DNA from: Pocillopora damicornis
Taxonomy: Eukaryota
Direction of reading: 5' to 3'
Length of the DNA stretch: 64,000 bases
Assembly: GCF_003704095.1 (NCBI RefSeq)
Contig: NW_020844332.1
Span: 186,001-250,000 of the forward strand
Shown here: one piece after another, positions 1 to 34,907 of the stretch
Layout: every line of letters begins with the position of its first letter
How positions within the stretch are numbered: position 1 is the first letter of the stretch
Made by a program: the position numbers and the translations under genes
The notes under the pieces: model-generated
What the model saw: the letters and a program-made list of their open reading frames with translations, nothing else
Told to the model about the DNA's origin: nothing
Database searches by the model: none

Positions 1-3000
1 CGTTGTTGTAACGTGAGCAGAGACGAAAATCCTTAAAGAGAAAACGGAATGGTCTCTCAGAGTTAATAGGCTTTTTAAGCTTAGTTAGATTGTAAGCTTA
101 CGTAAGGTAATAAAAATCAAACACAGCTAACACTCGTATAGTATATATAGTTTCGTGTTCAAAAACAAAACAGATCAAGACAGGAATGATGAAAATTACA
201 ACCAAACTGGCATAGCTGTTAAAATTCATAAAAATCGTGACAATGACAGAACGATTACGATCATGCTGAGGTTCATCGCGGCTAGCTCATCATGGGGATC
301 TCCGGTTGTCGCATTGAAGCAAGCCTCACAAGTTGCATCGGCCGCCTTTCGAGTGAACAACTAAGAACTTGCTCTAATAACTTTTTCGATGCGTTGAGTG
401 GAAGACCACATCAGTCATAGAAACCGAGTTTTACGGCACTGTCATCCCGTGCAATCTTCACGTTCCTGGAAATTGGGCTGTCGTTCATTCATTAAGTGTG
501 GGGAAACACACAACTACGTCTCGTGTTTCTCCCTACACTTCTTTCGTGCTCCAGCCGCTTCCTGTGTGTTTTACATCAGGAAAGATCACAGACAAAGCTT
601 ATCTATTACTTAAAAAGGAAATTAACGATGTACGTTGACAACGCGAAGAAAGTTTACGTTACACAGAGTGAACGCTCATTTGCAGAAAGTTAAGTTTATG
701 TACATAAAATAACGCGAAATTTTTAAAAACGATGTACGCCTTACTTTCGAATTTGTTGCCATACAAATGTCTCGACATACACATCTAAAAGAAAAAAACG
801 CAACTTTTCCAACCAACTATGTAATTGATAGCTCCTTGTTATCATGTCAATGCGCTATGAATGGATATAACACTCCCCTGGATTCTGCATTTTCTCGACT
901 TTGAGCAAATATAGTTTCGCTATCTAAATAAAGGTGCTGTAAGAGGTGATGTTAGTTGGTGTCAGATTTAAATTTATGTCAACGTAAATTAAAATGCATT
1001 GAATTAGTGGGTTTTTTGAAATCGCTTTAATAAAGTGCATCGCTAGAATTCTATAATAAGGTAATTTCTGAAAATAAAACAATGTAACATGTACCTGTCG
1101 AGTTTATGTCGCGTATGTCTACCTTATATACAATTTGTACAGATGAAAATATATACGTTCGAAATAGAGGGCGCGGCATGGCAGTCGCTATGCTCATGCA
1201 TATATGGGCTGTCATAACCCACCTATTAAAAAAAAAAGAAAAAAAGCGAAAAGCCAGCTTAAGAGTTTTGTCATCTTTATTACTCAACAGGGAGAAAAAC
1301 GAACTCATTTGGTAGAGTCCAGTGGTAGTGACTATAAAAAGCTGGTTTCAAATTCTGCTCCGAAAAGTACAAAAAAGTCACAAAAATTTACTGTCAAAAG
1401 TTTCGTGATGAAAATTAATGGGAAGGTTAAAATGAATAAATTGCTGGTATGCTGCAGATAGTGTCCTTGGCTGAGAGATTATCCTCAAAATTTCATATCT
1501 GCCTCCGAAACTTTTTGCTTCTCCGCCAAATATTCATTTTGAAAACAATCTCTCAGCCGCAGACGTTATTAGCCGAGATATCAGCTGCCTAAAGGTAAAT
1601 CCCATTAACTCGTTTTAAGGGAAGTTATCAGATAACACTCGAATGATTTTTTTTTTCACAAATTCAGGATTTTTTTTTGGATATGGACGCGCTGTTAAGT
1701 AAGTCTGGCAGGTACGAAATTTTTAAAAATCACACGGGGCCATTTGCGAGATAAACGGAGCTAACATTCAATTAGCGTCTGGTAACATTATGATGAATAG
1801 TATCAAGAGAGTGTTCGTTTGATAGTGCCTTGAATTCACTCATTCTTCATCGATACGAGGACCTATTCTCAAATTCAGCACAATAGCTGCGAACAAATTG
1901 AAAATTTTTGTCATAAAAAAAATATGGTTTATTCTTTTTTTTCGAATAAGGCGTTTCCATAAACCGTACCTTGTCGCAGCTGATATTTCAACAACGAACT
2001 TAGCGGCACCATAACTTTGAAACGGCGAGATTATAGAATTGGTTGAAATTCTCTCAACCGCGAGTGCTTACTCTACAGAGTCAAGATCTTGAACTTTGAT
2101 CAAGGAAAAAGTATATTGGAGATTTTCCGCTACCTTTTCTGAAAACACTGGCAAATTAATGGCGTTTTCGACGCCACGCCCGCTTTTTCTCACTTCAATC
2201 ATTTGTATAACACGTGTGAAAATCTGAATATAAGAGAGTCTCAATGGGGTGTTGGCTTTTACGGCTAATGGTTAAAATTTTGGCCATTTTGCAGCCCAAG
2301 GTTACATTTTTTTCTGTTTGTGAACCCCATTAAGACCGACAATGAGAGACTGAAGCAGTCAGATTTTAAGAACACTATTTTCAACAACCTTGAGTGTGCG
2401 GCAGACTTCCCTCTGGCAAACTTTCTTGTCTGTATTCACAGACAGTATAAGCCTCCTTATCCACCTTTTATGCTAATATCACTGCTAATGTAAACTAAAT
2501 TCATTTTTAATAGCCTCGGCTTGCTTTTTTACATGTGATATTAAATACGTTACAATGGACGCCTAAATAAATCACTACTGCTTTAACTTTATGCTTAACG
2601 AACCTTTTCTGGTCATTTGTTATTTCGTTACTTCAATTAATCGCGTCCCTCCTGTTGATTTATATTTGCTTTAGAACGTTCACTTGATGCGAAGCCACGT
2701 AGCGAGAATACGCGCGATGCGTGCGATACGCGCGGTAAAGGAAAGCAGCTGGCGCAATATTTTCGCCCACGGATGGCTGTCTGAATCAATTGCGTCCGGT
2801 CAGTCGAACGGCCAATAATTCCTTCAACTACTAATGGAGGTTACATATGCTTCTCTATTAATAGGAAAAAAAAATCGAAGAGGACAATGAGGCTTTGAAT
2901 AAGTATACCAATTTTAGCTATTTTTTCTTTGGTTCTTTGTCAAGGCGTGGGAAGCCGGAATCGGGAATCTCGCAATGACAGTTAATCATGTTATACACGC

Positions 3001-3311
3001 CAGGCATTTAGTTAAGATTTCCGGATTTAGGAAATCGAACCCAAGCGAGGTCAGGAGAATTACTAATTACCCTGTCGTGATTTATGCTGTAGTCGTAAGA
3101 TCTAACGGGAAATGAAGGTTTGAACGCTCAAAAAAATGCTTTAACAATCGCAAGTCAACTATTTCTTACACATCACTAGTTTTNNNNNNNNNNNNNNNNN
3201 NNNNNNNNNNNNNNNNNNNNNNNNNNNNNNNNNNNNNNNNNNNNNNNNNNNNNNNNNNNNNNNNNNNNNNNNNNNNNNNNNNNAAAAAATGCTTTAACAA
3301 TCGCAAGTCAA

Positions 3312-4538
3312 CTATTTCTTACACATCACTAGTTTTGCAAACGCATTCGCATAAAACTTGCTCATGGTGCCGTACAAAATGGGATGGAAGGCGCCTGGAA
3401 GACAATACAATAAAAACATGTATCTCCTGACGATTGAGTAATAAGGCCAAGTTGATGGCCTGCCGTTTACTTGCTCGTAGATAAACGAAACTTGGATCGG
3501 AATGTAGCAAATGATAAAACTAATAATGATCACGTATATCATTCTTAGGATATCCAGCTCTAGATCTGTCACGTTTGCATCTGTATGTTGCGAATGTTTC
3601 GCTCTCTTCGATGTTTGGCCTCGAGAAGAGCGATCATCCAAGGAACCTTGTCTCCAACAGCATCCATTCGTAATTTTCGCGATTAGATATTTCGCGTTTC
3701 CCTCGGATCCGTTCTTTTGCGACGATTTATGAACAATTTCCAGTCTTTGAAGATGGATACACACCTGTTCATCTGTTTGTAGCTGTGTTCCGTCCTCTGT
3801 GGAATCACTTTTGCGCGCGGCAGCAGCCCTAGCCATGTGTCTCTTCAGTCTCAGAGCAACAGCACCGTACGATATGACGATTATGAGATATGGAACAATA
3901 TAGCTTAGAAAGAGACGAACAATCGAGTAACGGCTGTGCGTTGGTGCATGGATAGTTGTATCGCCTGGGAACAAAGCTACACAAAAGTGACTTGTTCCAT
4001 ACTTAGTAACACTATGCACGACAGCAGATGGTGCGACAACTGTCAAGGCTGCGCTCCACAGCAGACTCAACACTAAAAATACTTTTCTCTTTGGCAGTGG
4101 CCCTAATTGACCGCGATATGTCCCAATTACTCGGTACCTTCGTGCTGCGATCAAAGCCAGAGTGTAAGTCACCACTAACGTGGCCGTCATTTGCACCGGA
4201 AACACAAGCTTGCATGCAGCTTCACCGAAAGGCCACGCTTCCATCCAATCGTAGACAAAGTAGAATGGAAAACACAGCGAACTGATCATTTCCGCGGCAG
4301 CCAGATTGGTGACCAGATAGTAAGAGAAAGGCAGTTGATGGTGAGACAACAAGAACATGGCTCTGCAGACCACAGCGTTTCCTACAACACTCGCCAGCGT
4401 GATAAGCACCAATACAAAAAGACGGAAAAAACTTGAGAGCGATGGCTCAGCGATGTAAGGATAAACACTCTGGGCGACTGAATCGTTGGCTGTAGAATTG
4501 AATGCAGCTGTAGAATTGAATGTGGCTGTAGAGTTCAT
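3312..4538 (-). CDS. Intronless class A (rhodopsin-like) GPCR, peptide-receptor-like
   Basis: Single ORF with 7 hydrophobic segments, N-glycosylation repeats (NST/NDS) at the N-terminus, TM1 GN, TM2 NLAAAE, WPFG..C, TM3 end ARRY (DRY position), TM6 CYIP, TM7 HPILY. First ATG is at 4538; the ORF track start at 4559 is GTG. Confidence 0.9.
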   Translation of the reverse strand: MNSTATFNSTAAFNSTANDSVAQSVYPYIAEPSLSSFFRLFVLVLITLASVVGNAVVCRAMFLLSHHQLPFSYYLVTNLAAAEMISSLCFPFYFVYDWMEAWPFGEAACKLVFPVQMTATLVVTYTLALIAARRYRVIGTYRGQLGPLPKRKVFLVLSLLWSAALTVVAPSAVVHSVTKYGTSHFCVALFPGDTTIHAPTHSRYSIVRLFLSYIVPYLIIVISYGAVALRLKRHMARAAAARKSDSTEDGTQLQTDEQVCIHLQRLEIVHKSSQKNGSEGNAKYLIAKITNGCCWRQGSLDDRSSRGQTSKRAKHSQHTDANVTDLELDILRMIYVIIISFIICYIPIQVSFIYEQVNGRPSTWPYYSIVRRYMFLLYCLPGAFHPILYGTMSKFYANAFAKLVMCKK

Positions 4539-7500
4539 TTTGAGATGTTCTGTTGACACCTAGTCGTCGCGAAAATAACTCTGAAGAACAATCTAGCGCT
4601 GAATATTGATNNNNNNNNNNNNNNNNNNNNNNNNNNNNNNNNNNNNNNNNNNNNNNNNNNNNNNNNNNNNNNNNNNNNNNNNNNNNNNNNNNNNNNNNNN
4701 NNNNNNNNNNACCTAGTCGTCGCGAAAATAACTCTGAAGAACAATCTAGCGCTGAATATTGATAGCGCTGTTATTGACCTCTCGATTAACCGACCTCTGA
4801 AAACTGGATTGTGCTGATCAGCGAACGTCGGTTTAATTAGGTCGATACGCTCTGTCAGGCTGGATAGGATAACACCAGGAGGTTCCGAAATAAGTCACCG
4901 CTGGTTCACATTTGTCATTAAGTCCTCGAATTTGGACCCGTCTCTGAAAACACTCCGGTCGTAAAAATTTCCCCGCATCACGGCCCACGCTACCGGGATA
5001 TTTTATCACGCGTTGACCTGTGTACCTAAATGATTGTGGCCGACCAACCTTCCGCACGAAATAAGATTCTTTAAATAACTACCATTTAGAAACCTTTCCA
5101 CCTTTTTTTTTGTTTCTTTTTTTTGGGGTTTCATATAGGTTAAACCATCTGATGAAAAAGTAATTTCCAATTCAAAGTGATCGAGCTTGACTTTAGGGTG
5201 AATATTTTATTTCATTTAACCACAAAACATCATAACTACATATATATATCGAAACTGACATTTGGTTATTAACAATTATTTCTGCTTCTAATTGCGATTT
5301 TACACATCTAGATACTCGCTTTGAAATTGCCTTGAAATGAGCCTAAGTAATACTGGTTATCTTCATACATAAATCGATATCAGTCTCATGTTTTTTTGTT
5401 TGTTTCAGAGGAGGATTCGTGACTGGAATCGTGCGGGATCTCAAAATGCAACACTAGTAAATTTGTGTGATGTAAAATTTTCAGATACAAGTCTTGTGTT
5501 AGGCAATCAAAGCGTGCAGGAAGATTTTCAAGCTATTAGATACAGAACACTTCATTTGCATAACAACGCAGCTGACTCGACGGAACAACAGCTACTCACC
5601 GTAAAAACATCCCTACTTAAAATTTACTTTATAACTCTTTCAGAAATCTTTGAAGAGTATTGAAAGCTAACAACCCTAAAATCGAATGAACAAGTGGCGT
5701 TTTCATAAATCCAATCTTTTTTTTTGTGGAATTAAAAAAAACTCGATATTACTTCAGCCACTAAATTTTATTTTTATGCAGTCAAGACGAAGAGTTTGGT
5801 GCATTATTTCTCAATGTAAGTGAAATGGCCCGTTTCATTTGCTTAAGACAATTACCATGCTTCACAGTTTGTGCGGAAAGTTGACTTATTAAAATATGCC
5901 ACAATATTCTATGCAAATATGACAATTTATCAATTAGTTGGAGAATTAATATACCATTTTAGGTACTCCCAGCAAGACATTGTCGCTTACCGTATATCAT
6001 TAGCAAAAGTTATGATTTTTTAAACAAAAGACAAGTCGATGTTGCTCGTTTTGTGTTTTACATCAATTTTTGAGAGAGCATAAACGAGGCACGAAACAAA
6101 GATACTAACCATTGTTTTGTACAGAAGTTGCAGTAAATTGCTTACTCGTTTTAGATCTAAAAACAATATGCTCACTGCTGAAAGAGTAATAGAATTCCTC
6201 CTGTAGACTTTTGCAACTGTTATTCCATCATGCCAAAGGATAGTTTTAATATTAATGTTAGATTCATATTCTTTTGATTACCTATGCAAAATGTAGAGAG
6301 AACTAAGACAGAACAGGGAACTAAACAACTTTGCTTTCAACACATTTTTGTTCTTTAGGCCACAAATCTAACAGCAGCAGCACCCAAATTCAATGTGCAC
6401 AGTAGAGACATCCTCGATATATATCTCTCCATATCTAAACCATATATACAATTATCCTTACGAACACCTGTCTCGATGTAAATCAACAGTCAAATACATT
6501 TGGTTCTTTCTGTTACAAGTCGATAGGATTTGATCATATTCTCGCGCCAAAGTCGCAACGGCGTAATAAGAATGACAGTTGTCCTTGAAGTAAAGAAAAA
6601 GGCTTATGATTATCGTTGAAATTTGCTTGCTCTATTAATTGTTATGGCTTCGTATTTATATCATCATTGTCAGGTAATAAGGGGAAAAAAACATTGTAGG
6701 CGAGGTGGCCTCCAGAAAATATCCGACATCTACAAGAACATCTGTCAGCCTCCGCGCAACCACTTAAATCTGAAGGATTATAACCGCAATAGAGCTGACT
6801 ACAACCCTTGCTGAAACGTGATCGAGTTTCAGATTGCATCTTAGATAACAGGACGATTCCCACAGTCATCTTCGTTCTCTCTGTTTCCCCATTTCCCCAA
6901 GGTCAATAAATTGGCACATTTACGTCTCTTTAACGAAACTCAGTCTCAAAGGCATACAGGTCAAAAAAAATATGTGTTACAAGGAAATGTGAGAAAAAGT
7001 AAGTTTTATAAAATCTCGTCCATTGAAATAAGAAGATCGACTAATCGCTTAAAAATCAAAGTCGCAGGGAGGGACCAGGGTTTTCTGAAAGGAACAGATG
7101 ACGTGCAAATTTGACCGAAGTAAAACAATTACGTAAGTGTGTCAGTTCTGATGATTTACGGTCCAGCCATTTATAACTTCCTAGGAAATAATCTTTGCAT
7201 GAGTGTTTATTTCACGAAGATGGACGCACTTGCCACGGGAAGCATGCGCGCCCGCCAGGGAACTATGAGGCGTCTCGAAGAAACACTTGATTAAGGAAAA
7301 TATTTGCTGATCAGAACCTGCATGAACCAGAATACCCAAAATACCCGACATGCAAGGACAAAAGCATGTTGACAGTATGTTCTTTACGTGGGACACCAGC
7401 ATGCAAAAAGTAAAGTAATTCATTTTAGCGCAAACCGTTTCCATAACCTTATCAAAAATACAGCAGCTGAAATCTTGACATCAAATTACGTTGTCGGAAA

Positions 7501-8637
7501 CAAGAGAGCCATATACAAGACCGATTAAACCATAAATGAATGGGTGACGGTCTAGGGAACCCAGCCGGTGAAAAATCAGAGACAAAGACATCGGTGCTGC
7601 AGTTTCTGTATGGAACTTCCTAATGAAGAGTATTCTTTTATTTTTGTGGTCTCACACTGAGTGAATGAATAAATTGATGGGCGTTTTTATTGATCGGTTA
7701 GTTTGAAATGATTAGGACGCTGTCACACGTTGTGCGAGATAAGGTCCAAAACACTCAACAGTTACCTATAACAAAAAAATTTTTTGGGTTCCCTGACAAG
7801 TCATCTTCACTAACAAATAGTATTTCCCTGATGTGCTAAATATACTCTTAACTACGATAACATAAGAAATATCAGCAACCTAAAATCGAATATTCTCCGT
7901 ATCCAGCAGCCTTATTACAAGCCAGATCTCCCCTTACCCTATGTGGCTGGTGCTTTTGCGTGACTTTTTTTCTTTAGGCGGCGGATCAACGAAAACGAGA
8001 GACGACGCGGAGAAGGGTTCCGGATGAAAAATATTGGTAACAGTGACACTGATAAACGCCAAGTTCGTTTTAACAGGCTTTTTTTAAATTAAAAATTCAG
8101 AGCGGCAGTTGACAATAAAAGCTGTCTGCAGGACATATCTCGTTCCCCGAAAGAAAGGGTAAACTGCACGAAAATAAAAAATAGGTATGCCATGCGTAGA
8201 TGTGTCTACTGTGAAGGCTCGTGGTGTGGGAAGTAATACATGTACTTAACTTCTTCTTAGCTTCGACGACATTGACTTTATAACCTGCAAAGACTATTGG
8301 AAGGAACGTTTACGTGTACATATCTCAATAACACACCTACATAGCGGTAGTGAGTGGGATTTTTCGATAATAGAAGGTTAGAAGAACTTCGGTAAAAATA
8401 AGAACTTCTTAAACGAAATTTATCGAGGTAGATTACTAATAAATGTTAACTTAAATTGTTCAATAGAGAGACAGCGTCGTGTAAATAAAGCATACTAATT
8501 TGCACCATTTTATCAATGCAATTAAAAACCTCATTTTGAACGTGCCGCCGCAAGTGATTTCCGAGTTTTATACTCACAGCTTGCGCTCAAATTGCTGCAG
8601 TTCAGACACGATATCAAAGTTGAATTGACGCACCGGT

Positions 8638-8752
8638 ACGCCTTGTTTTGTTTTTCGGCCTTGCTTTGTTTCCCGGCCTTGCTTTGTTTTCCAGCCTTGC
8701 TTTGTTTTCCAGCCTTGCTTTGTTTTCCAGCTTTGCCTTGTTTTCTGGCCTT
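8638..8752. repeat. 18-bp minisatellite, about 6 copies (ccttgctttgttttccag)
   Basis: Degenerate tandem copies visible directly; they explain the repetitive ORFs (AGKQSK)n and (ALLCFP)n. Confidence 0.9.
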
Positions 8753-10434
8753 ATCTTTCTCGAGATTCAATGCGGTCTTTATTTCACGGCACGTTCTGGC
8801 ATTCACAAAGTGTCAAAAGTCAACCCATGCACGATGCAATCGCGGTTACTGTAGTCGTGGGTCGTTACCTAGTCCACAATTGATAATAGATTGAAGATTC
8901 GCCATCGAAAATATATCAAACTCTCAAACACATCAGACAAACTTTTACAGCAAACTCACAAACAACTCCTCCATTCACTTTCACTTAGGGATAACGCTCG
9001 TCAGCTTTAGAAACTCTTTTAGATGGCCAATTATTACAAACTCAGCTGAGTTGAGTTTAACAAAGTCTGCAGTACCGTTTTGATCTTTCCAAAATCTGTC
9101 CGGTTTTAGTTGTGAAAGCGATCGCGGAAGGCAGCGGAGTAGTTGTTCGGGGCCGACCACTACCAAAACGAGCTTTGCGGCGACTTTTTGACACCTCTTT
9201 TCATTAAAAAGTTTATAAAGATCTCACTCTGCGGATGACCAACCAAGACGTTGTCAAAGACAAAACACTTTTTATGACTTCAGAGCAAAATGAGAACAAA
9301 AATCTCAACATCATTATTTCTACAACTTAGTGTATTTACTTCTTTACCAATTTGTAATAGTTGTTACTGACACTGGCCCCGGCCTTTTTTAAACACTTAC
9401 ATTTTTAAATTAAAATTCTTTTAGGAGTTTATACGAAGCATCGTTGGGCGAAAAACAACTAAATTCGAGTTCAGGTTCAAACCAACCTAAACAGTTTTGT
9501 AAATCGTTTTGATTGTTTACGATATGACGTGAAGTACGAGCCGTGGGAACAGTGAAAGTAATGGGTTGATTGATTTGGTTCAATTGCGGGTGGCTGGGTC
9601 CAAATGTTATTAACACTTAACACACTTCTTTAAAATTTAGCGGGCGAAAATAATCGCGTGCTTTTCAAAGGATATTAGTAGGTTTAGAATCTTTCTTTCC
9701 TTTCAAATCAACAGGAACCTCTGTATTTCACAGCAGTGAACTGTGCTGCCTCGTAAAAATCTTCACTTAGTCTACCACGTGAAATGTGCCGCGAAATTCC
9801 ATGTTAATGAATAATATGGTAACATGCACGTTTGCTGAATTCGAGTCTAGAAATCTGACATTGAAAAAAATGCGGAGAAAACAGTGGACTGCACTTCGCT
9901 TTCCCTTTGACTTTCTTTTCTGTTTATACGAAGCATCGTTAGCCGAAAAAAAAAAAAAAAAAAACCACACTACTATTAGTCGTTTCGATTGCTTACGACA
10001 GTGATGCGAAACACGGGACGTGAAGTTAGAGTCATCAGCTGATTTGACGTCAACACATGCGGCGCGCAAAGGATCTGCAACACTCCCATTTTGAAGATCT
10101 TTTAAGGGATGCAACACACACAGACAATTTTTCGCAACTTCAATTTCCTAGGATAATACAAGCTTATTTTCACTGTGACGATTTCTCAGCCATCGAAATC
10201 CAACACATGGAATTCGTAGCTCGTAATTCATTTGTTCCTAAACGCGTACCTTAGAAACCACAATTGCCTCCAAACATCGGCCGAACACACATACTCACCC
10301 TCTACCACTGATGGATAACCAAAATCTCACCTTGTTTGCAACAAAGAATTTCTGCCTTCATAATTTTTCCTTGGGAGGTTTCGTGAAGGATGAAGTGTTT
10401 TGCCAAAGAACACGAAACATTTACCCAGCCAGCT

Positions 10435-10667
10435 GGGGTTTGTTTTTCGAAAATCCCCGTAAGTTAACGAGCCCTAAGCCATATTTTAAAATCAAAATTT
10501 TATGAAAAAATAGGCAGGTTTTTGTCGCCCTAACCAGACCATTTTATTCTCTAGCTGGTAGTCTAGTTGCATAATTTTCAATAGGTTTGAAACCCCCATC
10601 TTGGATAAAAAAGAACCGAACAGCTTTACGAGCCCGTTTAGTAACTGGGACCTTCGGGAAACGGGCC
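10435..10667. mobile_element. Degenerate MITE-like element with imperfect inverted ends
   Basis: Left end ggggtttgtttttcgaaaatccc is an approximate inverse of the right end gggaccttcgggaaacgggcc; no coding capacity. Confidence 0.4.
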
Positions 10668-10815
10668 AATGTGTCTCGAACCCGGATCGACCCGGAGTTT
10701 TAGCGTAACAATCAATAGGCCGACACGTTTCCCACAAAAATGTCTGTGAAGCACTGAAGAAAATTGAACTCAATCTCCCTAATAAAGAAACCACTGATAA
10801 TGAAATGAATGGTGT

Positions 10816-10821
10816 TTTATT
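10816..10821 (-). promoter_or_regulatory. Candidate polyadenylation signal (AATAAA) for CLTC
   Basis: tttatt on plus, about 300 nt downstream of the CLTC stop codon. Confidence 0.4.
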
Positions 10822-11120
10822 ACCCATACATACATACGTAGGTTTGGCATGCTAGGAGTAGATCAAATTCAAACCAAACAAACTCTATAGCGGAAGTCAA
10901 TTAAAAGTATAAGGGCAATCACTTCACCATTTACTAATTCTACAATTTACTCCTTAATACGGCGACAACTGAATGGCTGCTCAGTTTTCAGTCTTAGATG
11001 AATTCACAATTTTAAGTTACATAGTAAGCCCTAAGCCAGACTAGAATATAAAAAAAAAGCCATTGAAATATAAGGCCTAGCTATTCATGTTCGTTACTAA
11101 TTTTCTTTGAGATTCTCTTG

Positions 11121-34182
<23,062 letters not shown>

Positions 34183-34907
34183 TTTCTCTTAATTCCGTCA
34201 ATAAACGTCGAGCAAGAGTCTGGGCTATTCGAAGGGGCCAGAAGGCACCTACAGAGAGAGAAAAAAACGTAGAAATCGAGTTCCTAGTCAGTGCTTGGTA
34301 CAACCGAACATGGAGGACTCGTTGGCAGCCGGTGTGGTTATTGGAACGAGGCTTGGAGAGGGAGGTGCCACGTGAGAAAAATGGCGGACAGGGTCACGTG
34401 TTCAGTCTGCATTTGTTCCTGAAGTTTGAACTGTGAAAAAATTTTTAATTTTTGATCCCCACTTCTAATTAGTTTTAATCTTGGTTGAACGTTTTGCCTC
34501 ATGACACACAAATAATGCTTTGTCAAGAATGAAATTGATTTTAATCGTTTAGGCTTGTCTGTGTGCGTGATATAAATTCTTGAACCTCTCTGTAACTCAG
34601 AATAGAGAGAAAAAAGGACGGTTCGCGCAGTTGAAGAATTGCTACTAAAAAAAAAAGTTTCAAGTATTCACTGGGACAAAATATCAGGAACCATGAACAT
34701 ATTCATCTTTGCAATGACTCATGGGAAGACTTCATGACGGAAACTTACCTGTTCGAAATGAGTGATGGGAATATTTGTCACGCGTGTGGTTTTCTTAGGT
34801 GAAGGTAATCGCTCTCGCTGAGAACCGAAAGATAGTGTAAGTCTAAAAGGGCTTGAAACAGGTTTATACGGAAAGAGACAGCTCCATGGCTTAGACGATG
34901 AGCGGAA
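34183..34907. promoter_or_regulatory. Bidirectional promoter region shared by CLTC and SETD1
   Basis: Divergent start codons about 725 bp apart; CpG-rich; CACGTG at 34369 and 34395; YY1-like AAAATGGCGG at 34377. Confidence 0.75.

Noticed and set aside
155-3100. Short ORFs at the window start, and similarly at 4.8-8.4 kb and 61.7-64 kb
   Set aside because: No recognisable domains or consistent splice structure.
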